The translations under genes were made by a program, and so were the position numbers. Positions 20,374 through 30,971 of a stretch of DNA of 64,000 bases are shown here, one piece after another. Each line of letters opens with the position of its first letter. Position 1 is the stretch's first letter. Origin of the DNA: an uncultured Thermodesulfobacteriota bacterium (GTDB lineage: Bacteria; Desulfobacterota; WTBG01; CAIYCZ01; CAIRTM01); NCBI GenBank assembly GCA_964621615.1, contig CAZUMW010000003.1:19914-83913 (forward strand). The letters run 5' to 3'. The notes below the pieces were generated by a model. The model made no database searches. It saw only the letters and a program-made list of their open reading frames with translations, and was not told where the DNA came from.

Positions 20374-20596
20374 AAGCCGGTTCGGGCGGGTCTCTGCGCA
20401 GCAGCCGCCATATGAAACCTCACTTCATGGACGGCCCGATACCGCTCACTGTACTTATGAACGGGCATTTTGCAGGGATTGTTGCAAACAGCAACTTCCT
20501 CCGGGCCGTGTATCTGCTGAAATGTAACGGTACATGCCGCTGCATAACCTCTTTACGTGTTGCGGGGGCTTTGCAGAGCCCCGTCCGAACCGGCTT
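20374..20596 (+). other. 223-nt multi-stem structured segment (candidate ncRNA or MITE relic)
   Basis: 17-bp closing stem plus nested stems; see findings. Confidence 0.45.
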
Positions 20597-20718
20597 TTGT
20601 TTAATGCTTTAATTTATTTTCGACACGTTTGATTGCGGTTATATAGTTAACAATTTCAATCCGTGGCGCGCGCTGTCTGACAGTTTTCAGCTGCACTGCC
20701 ACATACGGTTTCGGATTA

Positions 20719-22629
20719 ATGTGCGGCATTTGCGGAAAAATTTATTATGACCGGTCCCGGCCGGCCGAGGCTGAAGTCATTGAGCGCATGGTTGATGCGC
20801 TTCGCCATCGCGGCCCCGATGACAGGGGAGCGTATGTGCAGGGAAACGTCGGTCTCGGGCACTCGCGGCTCAGCATAATCGACCTTTCTGCTGCGGGCCG
20901 GCAGCCCATGGCAAACGAGGATCAAACTGTGCGGCTTGTCTGCAACGGGGAAATTTACAATTACCGGGAGCTGCGCGCTGATTTGACCAGCCGTGGTCAT
21001 GTGTTCTCTTCGCATACGGATACGGAGGTAATTATCCACCTGTATGAAGAAAAGGGCATTGAGTGTGTGGGGCAGCTTAGAGGGATGTTTGCCTTCGCCC
21101 TGTGGGATTCCCGTCTGCAGCGGCTGATGCTTGCCCGGGACCGGGCGGGCCAGAAGCCCTTACTGTATGCTGAGGCTGCTGATGCTTTTGTTTTTGCTTC
21201 AGAGCTGAAGGCCGTGCTGCAGGATCCCGCTCTTGGGGCAGAGCTGAACCATGAAGCCGTACACCACTATTTGACCTACCAATACATCCCCGGATCCATG
21301 AGCATTTACAAAGGAATCAAGAAAGTGCCGCCCGCACATGTGCTTGTCTGTGAAAAGGGCAGGACCTCGCTTTCCCGGTACTGGGATCTGTCTTATAGTG
21401 CTAAGCTCCGGTGTGCCTCCGATGAAGCATATGCCGAAAAGCTGCGCGAGGTTTTCGGGGAAGCCGTCAGGCTCAGGCTTAGAAGCGATGTGCCGCTGGG
21501 GGCTTTTTTGAGCGGGGGGCTTGACTCGAGCGCTGTGGTTGCGGCCATGAGCGGCTATATGGACAGGCCGGTTAAGACATTTTCCATTGGATTTGAAGAC
21601 GGTGATTATGACGAGCTGGCGTTTGCCAGAGCTGTTGCCGATCGCTACCGGACCGAGCATACAGAGTTTGTGGTGAAGCCTGATGCGATCGCCATACTGC
21701 CCGAAATTATCCGGTGCTATGATGAGCCGTTTGCCGATCCCTCTGCCATACCGACCTATTATGTTTCACAGCTCACACGTCAGCATGTTACGGTTGCGCT
21801 GAACGGAGACGGCGGCGACGAGTCCTTTGCGGGATATGAGCGCTATCTCGCAAACACGCTTGCCGCTGCGTATGCGCGCCTTCCGCGAATCATTCGAGAG
21901 CACGTGATCAGGCCCGCAGTCAATATGCTTCCCTACCGCGAATACCGGTGGAGCGTCATCAGGCGCCTTAAGCGGTTTATTAACGGGGTGTGCGATGACC
22001 CTGCAGAGCGCTATGTTCAGTGGCTGTGCTATTTCACCCCGGAAATGAAGGATGCGCTTTACACCTCTGATTTTATCCAGCAGACGGCAGGAAGCGACTC
22101 GGTCAGGCTGCTTGCCGATATATTCAACCATGCCCCTGCAGAAAGCCTGCTTGAAAAGAGCCTGTATGCGGATGTGATGCTGTACCTGCCCGGAGATCTT
22201 CTGGTGAAGGTTGATATCGCCAGCATGGCACACAGCCTTGAGGCGCGCTCGCCGTTTCTGGACCATAAGGTGATGGAGTTTGCAGCATCCCTGCCTCCGC
22301 ATCAGAAGCTGCGCGGCACGCAGACAAAATATCTGCTCAAAAAATCGTTTGCAGATATGCTGCCGCCGGACATACTGTACCGGAAAAAAATGGGGTTCGG
22401 CGTCCCGCTGCACCGGTGGTTTCAGCATGAGCTGAAGCAGGCGGTCTATGATGTTCTGCTGGACAGCCGCACCACCCGTCGCGGCTTTTTCCGGAAAGAC
22501 TATGTGCAGGCCCTGCTTGATGAGCACGTGCAGCGCAAAGCCGATCACAGCTACCGCATCTGGGCGCTGTTTTATTTTGAGCTGTGGCAGCGGATGCATA
22601 TAGATAAAAGCGATGTGCTTGGGATATAA
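20719..22629 (+). CDS. asnB: Asparagine synthase (glutamine-hydrolysing) family amidotransferase
   Basis: MCGI, HRGPD, NGEIYN, LSGGLDSS, GDGGDE, LEARSPFLD. Confidence 0.93.
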   Translation: MCGICGKIYYDRSRPAEAEVIERMVDALRHRGPDDRGAYVQGNVGLGHSRLSIIDLSAAGRQPMANEDQTVRLVCNGEIYNYRELRADLTSRGHVFSSHTDTEVIIHLYEEKGIECVGQLRGMFAFALWDSRLQRLMLARDRAGQKPLLYAEAADAFVFASELKAVLQDPALGAELNHEAVHHYLTYQYIPGSMSIYKGIKKVPPAHVLVCEKGRTSLSRYWDLSYSAKLRCASDEAYAEKLREVFGEAVRLRLRSDVPLGAFLSGGLDSSAVVAAMSGYMDRPVKTFSIGFEDGDYDELAFARAVADRYRTEHTEFVVKPDAIAILPEIIRCYDEPFADPSAIPTYYVSQLTRQHVTVALNGDGGDESFAGYERYLANTLAAAYARLPRIIREHVIRPAVNMLPYREYRWSVIRRLKRFINGVCDDPAERYVQWLCYFTPEMKDALYTSDFIQQTAGSDSVRLLADIFNHAPAESLLEKSLYADVMLYLPGDLLVKVDIASMAHSLEARSPFLDHKVMEFAASLPPHQKLRGTQTKYLLKKSFADMLPPDILYRKKMGFGVPLHRWFQHELKQAVYDVLLDSRTTRRGFFRKDYVQALLDEHVQRKADHSYRIWALFYFELWQRMHIDKSDVLGI

Positions 22630-22753
22630 GCAGGCGTCAATACCCGGCGTGATAATACGCACAGAAGCATCTGGATAGCCAAAACCGGGATATTTTTAAT
22701 CGGGACCACTGGAAACATACCCTCTCAATCACTATAGTGTCAACAGATACCGT

Positions 22754-23170
22754 ATGAAACCCTATGAGCTTTTGGACCACACAGCCGACCTGGGCCTGCG
22801 TATTTACGGCGCATCCTGCGCCGAATTGTTCCAGAACGCAGGCCGGGCACTTTTCGATGTGATAACCGGCATCGACCGTGTCCGACCGATGGACACGAAG
22901 CGTTTTTCGGTTGAGGCCGCATATGCTGATGAGCTCCTGGTTGCCTGGCTGGGCAGGCTTTTATATGTGTTTGATACAGAACTTATGGTGTTTTCCCGCT
23001 TCAGGCTGATATCCTTTCGGGAAACAGCGCTTGTTGCCGAGGCTGCGGGCGAGCAGCTCGATGATCAGCGCCATGATATAAAAACCGAGATCAAAGCGGT
23101 CACCTATCACGGCCTTCAGCTTGCCGAGCACAACGGCATCTGGGAAGCAACCGTGATACTGGATGTGTGA
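22754..23170 (+). CDS. Archease
   Basis: LDHTAD, IKAVTYH, C-terminal ILDV; directly upstream of rtcB. Confidence 0.95.
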   Translation: MKPYELLDHTADLGLRIYGASCAELFQNAGRALFDVITGIDRVRPMDTKRFSVEAAYADELLVAWLGRLLYVFDTELMVFSRFRLISFRETALVAEAAGEQLDDQRHDIKTEIKAVTYHGLQLAEHNGIWEATVILDV

Positions 23171-23220
23171 GCGTCTGCACTATGAAGTGGGTATGTAAAC
23201 AATAAGAGCGGACAGCATCG

Positions 23221-24657
23221 ATGCAGTTTGAAAAAATAGACGATTACCGGTGGCGTATACCGCGCCGGGAAAATATGAAAACGGACGGGCTCATATACGC
23301 CGATGCAGCAATGCTGGACGTGCTTTCAAAGGATCAGAGCCCGGTTCAGGTAGCCAATGTTGCCTGCCTTCCCGGCATTGTCGGCAGCTCGATGGCCATG
23401 CCTGACATTCACTGGGGCTATGGCTTTCCCATCGGCGGGGTTGCCGCTTTCGATCTGAAAGACGGCGTGGTTTCTCCAGGCGGTGTTGGCTATGATATCA
23501 ATTGCGGAGTGCGTCTGTTCAGGACCGGCTTGTCGCGCGCCGATATAGCGCAAAATATGGCCGCCCTTGTTGACGGATTGTATGCAAACATCCCCGCCGG
23601 TGTCGGGTCGAGGCGAAAGGATTTCACGCTGAAGCAAAAGGACTACAAGGACGTCCTGGTGAATGGAGCGCGCTGGGCGGCCCGAAAAGGTTTCGGCGAA
23701 GAAAGTGAGCCGGAGCATATTGAGGACGGCGGCCGCATTGCCGGTGCGGATCCGGATGCTGTTTCAGAAAGAGCGTTCGAGAGGGGCAGAACTCAGCTGG
23801 GTACGCTGGGGTCAGGAAACCATTTTGTGGAAATCGATTATGTTGATGCGGTGTATGACCGGGATTGTGCGGATACCCTGGGACTTTACCCTGATGGCAT
23901 TACGGTGACCATCCATACCGGGTCCCGGGGGTTTGGCTACCAGGTGTGTGATGATACAATAAAAAAAATGCTTGCGGCATCGCGAAAGTACGGCATTGAG
24001 CTTCCTGACCGTCAGCTGTGCTGCGCGCCGCTCAGCTCGCCCGAAGGCACGGCATATCTTGCAGCAATGGCCTGTGCCGCAAACTATGCCTTCGCAAACA
24101 GGCAGATTATCGGCCATTGGGTTCGTGAGACTTTTGAGCGGGCGCTGTCCATATCCCCTGCAGCGCTTGGGATGCAGCTCGTGTACGATGTGTGCCATAA
24201 CATTGCAAAAATTGAAAATCATGTTGTCGGCGGGAAGCCTGTGCGTCTGTGCGTACACCGCAAGGGAGCAACCCGGGCATTCCCCCCCGGGCATTCCGCG
24301 GTGCCTGCAGACTACCAAAAGACCGGTCAGCCGGTGCTTATCCCCGGAGATATGGGACGGACCTCATACGTGCTGGTGGGAACCCATCGGGCGCTTGAGG
24401 AAACATTCGGCAGCACCTGCCACGGGGCGGGCCGCATGCTGAGCAGAAATCAGGCAAAAAAAGCAGCACGCGGCAGATCCATAGCACGGGAGCTGCAGGA
24501 CCGGGGTATCTATGTCAGAGCTGCGGGCAGAGGAACGCTGGTTGAGGAAATGTCCGATGCGTACAAGGATGTGGAAAAAGTCGTTGACGTTGTGCATGCT
24601 GCCGGCGTGGGGAAAAAGGTTGCGCGGCTGGTTCCGCTTGGGGTCATAAAGGGGTAA
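23221..24657 (+). CDS. rtcB: RNA ligase RtcB
   Basis: MPDIHWGYGFPIGG, GYDINCG, GSGNHF, HTGSRG, HRKGAT, PGDMG, HGAGR. Confidence 0.97.
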   Translation: MQFEKIDDYRWRIPRRENMKTDGLIYADAAMLDVLSKDQSPVQVANVACLPGIVGSSMAMPDIHWGYGFPIGGVAAFDLKDGVVSPGGVGYDINCGVRLFRTGLSRADIAQNMAALVDGLYANIPAGVGSRRKDFTLKQKDYKDVLVNGARWAARKGFGEESEPEHIEDGGRIAGADPDAVSERAFERGRTQLGTLGSGNHFVEIDYVDAVYDRDCADTLGLYPDGITVTIHTGSRGFGYQVCDDTIKKMLAASRKYGIELPDRQLCCAPLSSPEGTAYLAAMACAANYAFANRQIIGHWVRETFERALSISPAALGMQLVYDVCHNIAKIENHVVGGKPVRLCVHRKGATRAFPPGHSAVPADYQKTGQPVLIPGDMGRTSYVLVGTHRALEETFGSTCHGAGRMLSRNQAKKAARGRSIARELQDRGIYVRAAGRGTLVEEMSDAYKDVEKVVDVVHAAGVGKKVARLVPLGVIKG

Positions 24658-24666
24658 AATGGTTTT

Positions 24667-25920
24667 TTGGGGAAGCCGATGATTTCCGGAAAATGTGAAA
24701 CCTTTCTACTTCGGCAGGCCGGCTGGGATACAGACAGCCTGCCGCCCGCTAAAACGCTTCAGCAGCTTGCCCAATCAGTAAAAACGCTCTCCGACCACTA
24801 TATCTCATCACATGTTGACCCAGGCCGTGTTTATACAGACAGCGCGCTGCTGCAGGCCTATCTGCTGTATTATGTCCCGGCAAACATCATTAAGCTCACG
24901 CCGGTTCTCGATGAGGTATGCCGCTGCCCGGCGCTACGCCCGCTGGGCACCCGCGATGGCTTTTCCATGCTGGATCTGGGCTGCGGCCCGGGGACCTTCA
25001 CGCTCAGCGCGCTTGATTATTTGTGCCGCTGCTGGCGGAATTCAGCCAGCTCATTTCCCCGCACCATAAATCTGCAGGGGATTGACGCTGCCGGAGATCA
25101 TGTCAAGGCGGCGCGGCAACTGGTAGGCAGCTACAGCTCCGGTTTGCTCTTTGCAGATTGTACCCATACCTCCGTTCGTTTTGAACAGGGCCCATTGCTT
25201 TCAGCCTCTCTTGCGCGCCGTTTTTCAAAGATGCGCGATTGTTTTGATCTTATCGTTGCCGGAAATGTGTTTAACGAAATGCCCGGCGAAGAAGCTGTTT
25301 CGCTGTGCTGCTGCCTTGAAACGCTGCTTGCCCCGCATGGTGTGCTTGTCTTTATCGAACCGGGTACCCGGCGATCGTTTTTGAATCTCATCGGCATACG
25401 CGATGCTGTCATGGAGAATACCGTACTTTCTTTGTACGCACCCTGCATGAGCGAACATCCCTGTCCATCCCGCGCGTCGCCCCATCACTGGTGTCATGAG
25501 CGGCTGGGCTGGAATCCCCCTGCTTTCATACAGGCAGTCGATCGATATACGGGATTTGCAAAGCAGAAGGGCGTGACCTACACGTACTGCACCTTCTCAA
25601 AACAGCCGCACAATGTTTCAGAAACCGTCGCTGCTCCGGAGCATGGCTGTCTGTGGAGAGTTGTCAGCTACCCCATACAGCAAAAAGGACGTGAGCTTCT
25701 CTATGTCTGCAACGGCAAAGAAAGAAGGCTTCTCAGGCGGCTCACCAGGCATGCCTCAGCGGGTAATGCCGATTTCGGCCGTGCCGGCCGGGGGGATATT
25801 GTTTCAGTGACCGGCTGCCGGGATCATGGTGATTTTTATGACATTGCTCCGGACAGCAGGTTTGCTGTCTGTTCTGCTGCCGACAGGATGCCTTTATCCC
25901 GTGTAAATGAATTCCCTTGA
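24667..25920 (+). CDS. Rsm22/METTL17-like SAM-dependent methyltransferase
   Basis: AYLLYY, LDLGCGPGT, IEPGT, APCxxxxxCP..WCH; start 24667 (TTG) or 24679. Confidence 0.75.
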   Translation: MGKPMISGKCETFLLRQAGWDTDSLPPAKTLQQLAQSVKTLSDHYISSHVDPGRVYTDSALLQAYLLYYVPANIIKLTPVLDEVCRCPALRPLGTRDGFSMLDLGCGPGTFTLSALDYLCRCWRNSASSFPRTINLQGIDAAGDHVKAARQLVGSYSSGLLFADCTHTSVRFEQGPLLSASLARRFSKMRDCFDLIVAGNVFNEMPGEEAVSLCCCLETLLAPHGVLVFIEPGTRRSFLNLIGIRDAVMENTVLSLYAPCMSEHPCPSRASPHHWCHERLGWNPPAFIQAVDRYTGFAKQKGVTYTYCTFSKQPHNVSETVAAPEHGCLWRVVSYPIQQKGRELLYVCNGKERRLLRRLTRHASAGNADFGRAGRGDIVSVTGCRDHGDFYDIAPDSRFAVCSAADRMPLSRVNEFP

Positions 25921-27646
25921 TCTTAATCGTTGGTTGAGAAAAGCATGCAGGAGGGATACCGTTATGAACAGCGTTGCCCGCGTGATGAAAACATGGCCTT
26001 CCCGCCGCTCTTTGTTTGCGGCAGGGACACTGCTGCTCATGCTGTGCTGCGGTGTTCATGTGTCCGGCACTGATGCAGGTGCGGCACAGGCTGCGTGCAC
26101 AAACTGCATCGATGTGTTCGAGCATGATATGCTTATGGCCGTGGGAGACAGCCTGACCCATGGTACGATGAACGGCACCAATAATGAAACCAACACCCGG
26201 AATGCCTACCTGCAGCAGATCTATGAGTCCCTGTCAGCGGTTGCCGGCATTTCTTTTTTCCAGCCGTATTTGGATATTACTGAGAGCCGAAAAAACCCCT
26301 TTGCGATTCCGACCAACCTTGGCGTTGACGGATCGGATATTTTTTCCGCTGAAGGTGTTGAATACTACAAGCGGGGAGGGGCTGAATTCTCATATACCAC
26401 ACGGGCGTATCTGTGCGACAGGCTCCTTCCCGGCAGATTCAGCGATTTGTATGACAGCGTTCTGTATCCCCTCAATATCGTTGAAAAAAAAGCGGTGTCT
26501 CAGATTGATGCAGCTGTCCGGCTGCTGCAGTCTGCTGCAGGGACTGACAATGCAACCCGTGCTGTATTTGTGTTCTGGATGGGAAACAATGACTCTTCAA
26601 ATGCTACGCTCGGCATGGGCACACGGAACCCCGCCTTTATCCCGCTTCCGTTTGATCTGATCGCGCCGCACCTGAAGCCGATGGCGAGGCAGCTTATGTC
26701 GTGGGGCGAGCAGGCCGGTGTGCTTTCTTTTACGCCCTATACGCTTGAAAATATAACGCGAAATCTTACCGAGCCGGTCGATTTTCAAAAACAGTATGAC
26801 CGCGTCGTGAATCGGCTGCTGAGTGATGTTTCTTCATTTGATGACCGGGCTGACCTGTTTTTGTGTACGCTTCCCTATTACAGCTCTGTGGGATATTTGT
26901 TTGACGCGGAGGACATTGAATTTTATCTGCAGCAGATCAATCCCGGATACTCTGTCCCGACGAGCTTCAGCCGCGGCGCTCAGGGGGACGGCGTGCCGCT
27001 GAATGGTATTCAGGGCGACCGCGTGCCGCTGTTTACGTTTTTGTGCATGTACGCGTTATTGAGTGAAGGCGCGTCGGTCGATATGGTCAACTGTGCACTT
27101 GAAACGGACGGGGTGCAGCGGGACGGGCTTGTCCTGTCAGCAGCCGAACAGCAGTATATCCGCACACGGATTAACAGTTTCAATACATCAATCAAAGAAT
27201 CTGACGCCCTTTCACACCGCTCGGTGCATCTTGTCAATACCGGTCAGTACATAAACGATATTCTGGGCGGCCGTGAGACCGTTGTGATAAACGGCACCAC
27301 ATTTACGCGCCGCTGGGGCCGGGGCGGCAGCTTTTGTCTGGACGGTGTGCATCCGGGCTACACTGCCCAGGCGGTTATTGCAAATTATATACTTGAGCGG
27401 ATAAACAGCGTATGCGGATATGGTGCGCCCGAAGCTGATTTGGCTGATGTGTATAAAAATGATCCCTATATCGACCGTGACGGTGACGGCTGGGTGCCGG
27501 GGCCCGGTTATGAAGCTCCGGGCATCCCGTCTGTGCTTTTGCTGTTTGCCGATCCCGATGACACAGACCCTGCGGCAGTGCCTGTTTTGCCGGATAATGT
27601 CTGGGACAGTATCTCGGAAATTCTGCTTGAGGAGTTTTTGCTGTAA
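25907..27646 (+). CDS. Secreted SGNH/GDSL-type hydrolase
   Basis: GDSL, GNND, DGVHP; start probably a downstream Met. Confidence 0.75.
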   Translation: MNSLDLNRWLRKACRRDTVMNSVARVMKTWPSRRSLFAAGTLLLMLCCGVHVSGTDAGAAQAACTNCIDVFEHDMLMAVGDSLTHGTMNGTNNETNTRNAYLQQIYESLSAVAGISFFQPYLDITESRKNPFAIPTNLGVDGSDIFSAEGVEYYKRGGAEFSYTTRAYLCDRLLPGRFSDLYDSVLYPLNIVEKKAVSQIDAAVRLLQSAAGTDNATRAVFVFWMGNNDSSNATLGMGTRNPAFIPLPFDLIAPHLKPMARQLMSWGEQAGVLSFTPYTLENITRNLTEPVDFQKQYDRVVNRLLSDVSSFDDRADLFLCTLPYYSSVGYLFDAEDIEFYLQQINPGYSVPTSFSRGAQGDGVPLNGIQGDRVPLFTFLCMYALLSEGASVDMVNCALETDGVQRDGLVLSAAEQQYIRTRINSFNTSIKESDALSHRSVHLVNTGQYINDILGGRETVVINGTTFTRRWGRGGSFCLDGVHPGYTAQAVIANYILERINSVCGYGAPEADLADVYKNDPYIDRDGDGWVPGPGYEAPGIPSVLLLFADPDDTDPAAVPVLPDNVWDSISEILLEEFLL

Positions 27647-28052
27647 GGTGCTGTGGTGTGAAAAATCCTCTGCTCCAACGGTGATCAGCACGTAGTGCAG
27701 GTTTGTTTCCCTCAGGTGTTCAGAACACCTTTTGCTTCGTTTTTATCCTTATAGCATCTCTCGATTATTCGCAGGTGTATGTGTTGTTTCTTTAAGGGAT
27801 TGTTCTTAGCCGGCGATATCTTTATAAGAAAAACTGTATTTTAAGGGTAAAAATGATAATAAAAAATAAAACTATTTTGCGTGCTAACCATAAAATTTAA
27901 TATAAAGTTGAAATAGTATATAAACACCGAAAGCATTATCTTGACAACTATTGATAAATTAAGTACTACGTACACAACAGGGAAACTTCAAAAAATAAAC
28001 TATTATCGAAAATAAAACATTAATGCCGAAACCGAAAAAGGAGGGCGCTGGT

Positions 28053-29093
28053 ATGAAAAAACTGTTAACATCGTTTTTTATTTTAGTATGTTCATGTGCC
28101 GTAAGTACCTGCGTGTATGCAGGCGGCAGCGAGCCTGAACCTCCGGGTCAGCCGTCTGCCGGTTATGGCTCTTCTGCCAATTACATTTCCCCGGCAATTG
28201 ATTATCATGATGCCATAACGATCGGCGATAAAGAGGATGGAACCAGGACATGGATTTTTGTGCCGCAGAACCTTAAAAACGGATCAACCGCACCGGTTGT
28301 GCTTTATATGCACGGGTTTATGGTACCGGTTCCGCCGGTGTACCAGGGACAGATCGATCATCTGGTCAAACAGGGCATCATTGTCATTTTCCCGCAATTT
28401 AACCTGAATGGATTCGACGGCATTTTTAACGATACCGATCAGTACCAAATGCTTGACCGTGCAGTGCAGTCAGTCGATGCAGCCCTTGGGCTGCCTGAAG
28501 TGAGTGCCGTTGCACAGATGGACAATATTACGCTTGCCGGTCATTCGCTGGGCGGGCTGCTGGGCCTGTGCTGGGCTGCCCGCGGCGGTGTTGAGGTGAA
28601 AAATATGGTCCTTCAGCACCCCAATATTTCGCTTGAAGCAATTCCGGGCTTTGTCAGGGATCTGTTCCTCGGGGATATGATTACCCTTGATTATGAAACC
28701 ATGGCCCGGGAAACGACCTGCCCGGTCATTCTCGTTGGCGGCGAGGATGACACTATTGCCAAGCCCGAACACGTTCAGGCGGCATATGATTCCCTCACCA
28801 ATGTATCCACGAAAGTATATTATGAGTTCAAGACAGATGAGCATGGCGATCCGGATCTTGATTCAGACCATATGGCCGCCTGTCAGGACGACGGCGCGAT
28901 ACCGGGCTGGCTGCTTGATCTCATGGGCGGTATGATGGGATTTGGCGCCATGGAAGAAGATGCGATAGACTTCCGCGTTGAGTATGCATCCGTTGATGCG
29001 GCAGTTGATGATCAGGCCCGTGTTTCCTTTGACATGGGCGAGTGGAGCGACGGCACGCCGGTAAACGGAGTTGAGCTGGTTGCCGAGCAATAA
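28053..29093 (+). CDS. Secreted alpha/beta hydrolase
   Basis: Signal peptide; HG oxyanion motif, GHSLG, candidate Asp and His of the triad. Confidence 0.85.
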   Translation: MKKLLTSFFILVCSCAVSTCVYAGGSEPEPPGQPSAGYGSSANYISPAIDYHDAITIGDKEDGTRTWIFVPQNLKNGSTAPVVLYMHGFMVPVPPVYQGQIDHLVKQGIIVIFPQFNLNGFDGIFNDTDQYQMLDRAVQSVDAALGLPEVSAVAQMDNITLAGHSLGGLLGLCWAARGGVEVKNMVLQHPNISLEAIPGFVRDLFLGDMITLDYETMARETTCPVILVGGEDDTIAKPEHVQAAYDSLTNVSTKVYYEFKTDEHGDPDLDSDHMAACQDDGAIPGWLLDLMGGMMGFGAMEEDAIDFRVEYASVDAAVDDQARVSFDMGEWSDGTPVNGVELVAEQ

Positions 29094-29114
29094 AAGCGAT
29101 AAACAGATTGGACC

Positions 29115-29148
29115 AGAAAAGGGATGCCGCATGCGGCATCCCTTTTCT
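29115..29148. terminator. Bidirectional terminator between convergent genes
   Basis: AGAAAAGGGATGCCGC-AT-GCGGCATCCCTTTTCT. Confidence 0.85.
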
Positions 29149-29201
29149 TATGGAGCAAATGTAGTCAGGCACTACGCCATACGGTGTCCGGCAATGTTGG
29201 T

Positions 29202-30971
29202 TTATGGGGAATACGATAGAATGAGCTCGTTTCCGACGATGAATATGTCAGCTGAAGAGCATCCCCATATATCAAGAAGAGAGGTGTTTACTTGTGCCGC
29301 TAACGACCAGGAGGTTCCATTGTAGTGATATACTGCCCCCTGGCCGCTTATGTTCTCTCCCACAGCATATACATTATCAACAGCTGTTCCCCATACCCCC
29401 TTAAGCGTATATGAGGTGTCTATAGCCATCTGCGACCAGGTTGTACCGTTGTCTGTCGAATGAAGCACGGCCCCGTTTGCAGAAAACGTATTACCACCGA
29501 CAGCAAATATTTCCTCTGTTGTTCCCCATACGGCAAAAAGCGGTACAGTGCCGTCATAGCTGGAGGACCACGGGGCAGAGCCGGTAAAGCTCAGTATTTT
29601 ACCGGAGGGGGATGTCGGTGAGTGGACTCCGCCAAAGGCAAAGACATTTGCCGCAGATGTGCCCCAGACGTCTCTCAGATCATAGTCTTCTGAGCCGCCA
29701 ACAGGTGCTGAGGGCAAATTTAATGCGGGATTATCCAGGTTTGAAGTGTGCAAAATTAGCCCGTTGCCGCCCACGGCAAATATTTCACTTCCAGAATTGC
29801 CCCACAGTCCGTACAGCGGGTCATCTATTGAGGACACACTTTGATCAGACCATGCGCTGCCGTTGTAATACACATATGCAGCGCTGCTGCCGGCAGCCCC
29901 GATATTGCCGGCAGACGTGCCCCATACGCAGTAAAGCGTTTTTGATATGCCGCTTTCCTGTTCGGCCCAGCTGCCGCTTCCGTTATAATGCAGAATTTTT
30001 CCCGAGCTGCACACTGCATACACGTCAGTTGCCGAGCTTCCCCAGACAGCTTTTGGGTAGAAACCCTCAGTGCCGCTCATAATAGACCAGCCGGGTATTG
30101 TTGAGGTTGTGGTCGAGCTCGAGGTGGATGATGAGGAGCTGGAGCTCGAGGATGACGAGGAGCTGGTGCTCCCGGACGTGCTTGTGGTGGTTGATGAGCC
30201 GGCTGATGTTGTTGTGGTCCCTGCTTCCGGTGCAGTGGTGGTCGACGATGAGCTGCTCGATGATGTGATGCTGGTGGTTGTCGTAAGCGCAGGATTGCCG
30301 ATAGTGATGCGGACCATGTCTTGATGACGCGCGCCTGATGAATCAGTTGCGGTTGCGGTTATGATGTGGTGAGCAACTGACAGAGATTCCGCGGCAAACG
30401 GAGTGCCCTGTCCGATGAGCCCGTCTGTGTCGGAGCGCCAGCTTATTGAGCCTGCTGAGAGAACCCCATCTTCAGGATCCTGTGCCTGTGCGGTAAAGGT
30501 AACCGGTACTGTTGCATCGAATTCAGTGCCGTTGTCCGGGCTGATGATTATTATTATCGGTGAGGCGTTTCCTATAAAAATGGACACGCTGTCATATGAG
30601 GTGTGTCCGTCTTCAGAGGTGGCGGTTACCGTAATGGTATGATTGCCTGTCGAAAGATCATCGCGGTAAAAAGTGCGCCCTGTACCGATGACTCCGTCAG
30701 CAGACGATTTCCATTCTATGGAGCCGGCAGTAATTTTTGTGTGCCCGGTGTTTTTCCCGGCATCGCCTTTCTGTGTCTGCGGTCTCTGCGCTGCTCCCGG
30801 CTGTTGAAATTCGATCTCAGGGTCAAAGGCCACACATGAAAAGCGGATGTTGTCCCGTACCCTAAATGTGCCGCTGTCGCGCGGGGTAATGATTTCGACA
30901 ACCGGTTTGCACCCCAGCACAAGAGAACACAAACTCAGGAGCACTGAATAGCGAAATAAATATGTCCGCAT
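29202..30971 (-). CDS. Surface lipoprotein: two Ig/PKD-like domains, Ser/Thr linker, beta-propeller-like repeats
   Basis: Lipobox LGC; WxSxxDGxIGxG twice; S/T-rich tract; about 7 VWG(S/T)S..(V/I)(Y/F)AVG repeats. Confidence 0.85.
   Translation of the reverse strand: MRTYLFRYSVLLSLCSLVLGCKPVVEIITPRDSGTFRVRDNIRFSCVAFDPEIEFQQPGAAQRPQTQKGDAGKNTGHTKITAGSIEWKSSADGVIGTGRTFYRDDLSTGNHTITVTATSEDGHTSYDSVSIFIGNASPIIIIISPDNGTEFDATVPVTFTAQAQDPEDGVLSAGSISWRSDTDGLIGQGTPFAAESLSVAHHIITATATDSSGARHQDMVRITIGNPALTTTTSITSSSSSSSTTTAPEAGTTTTSAGSSTTTSTSGSTSSSSSSSSSSSSSTSSSTTTSTIPGWSIMSGTEGFYPKAVWGSSATDVYAVCSSGKILHYNGSGSWAEQESGISKTLYCVWGTSAGNIGAAGSSAAYVYYNGSAWSDQSVSSIDDPLYGLWGNSGSEIFAVGGNGLILHTSNLDNPALNLPSAPVGGSEDYDLRDVWGTSAANVFAFGGVHSPTSPSGKILSFTGSAPWSSSYDGTVPLFAVWGTTEEIFAVGGNTFSANGAVLHSTDNGTTWSQMAIDTSYTLKGVWGTAVDNVYAVGENISGQGAVYHYNGTSWSLAAQVNTSLLDIWGCSSADIFIVGNELILSYSP

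Noticed and set aside
20365-20605. Integron attC site, 6S RNA or cobalamin riboswitch
   Set aside because: AAC/GTT triplets flank the stem, but the R boxes do not fit RYYYAAC/GTTRRRY and no integrase is present; hallmark motifs of the RNA families are missing
30090-30290. Low-complexity trinucleotide-like repeats
   Set aside because: They encode the Ser/Thr linker of the lipoprotein; a similar tract at about 41.45-41.6 kb is in the LRR gene
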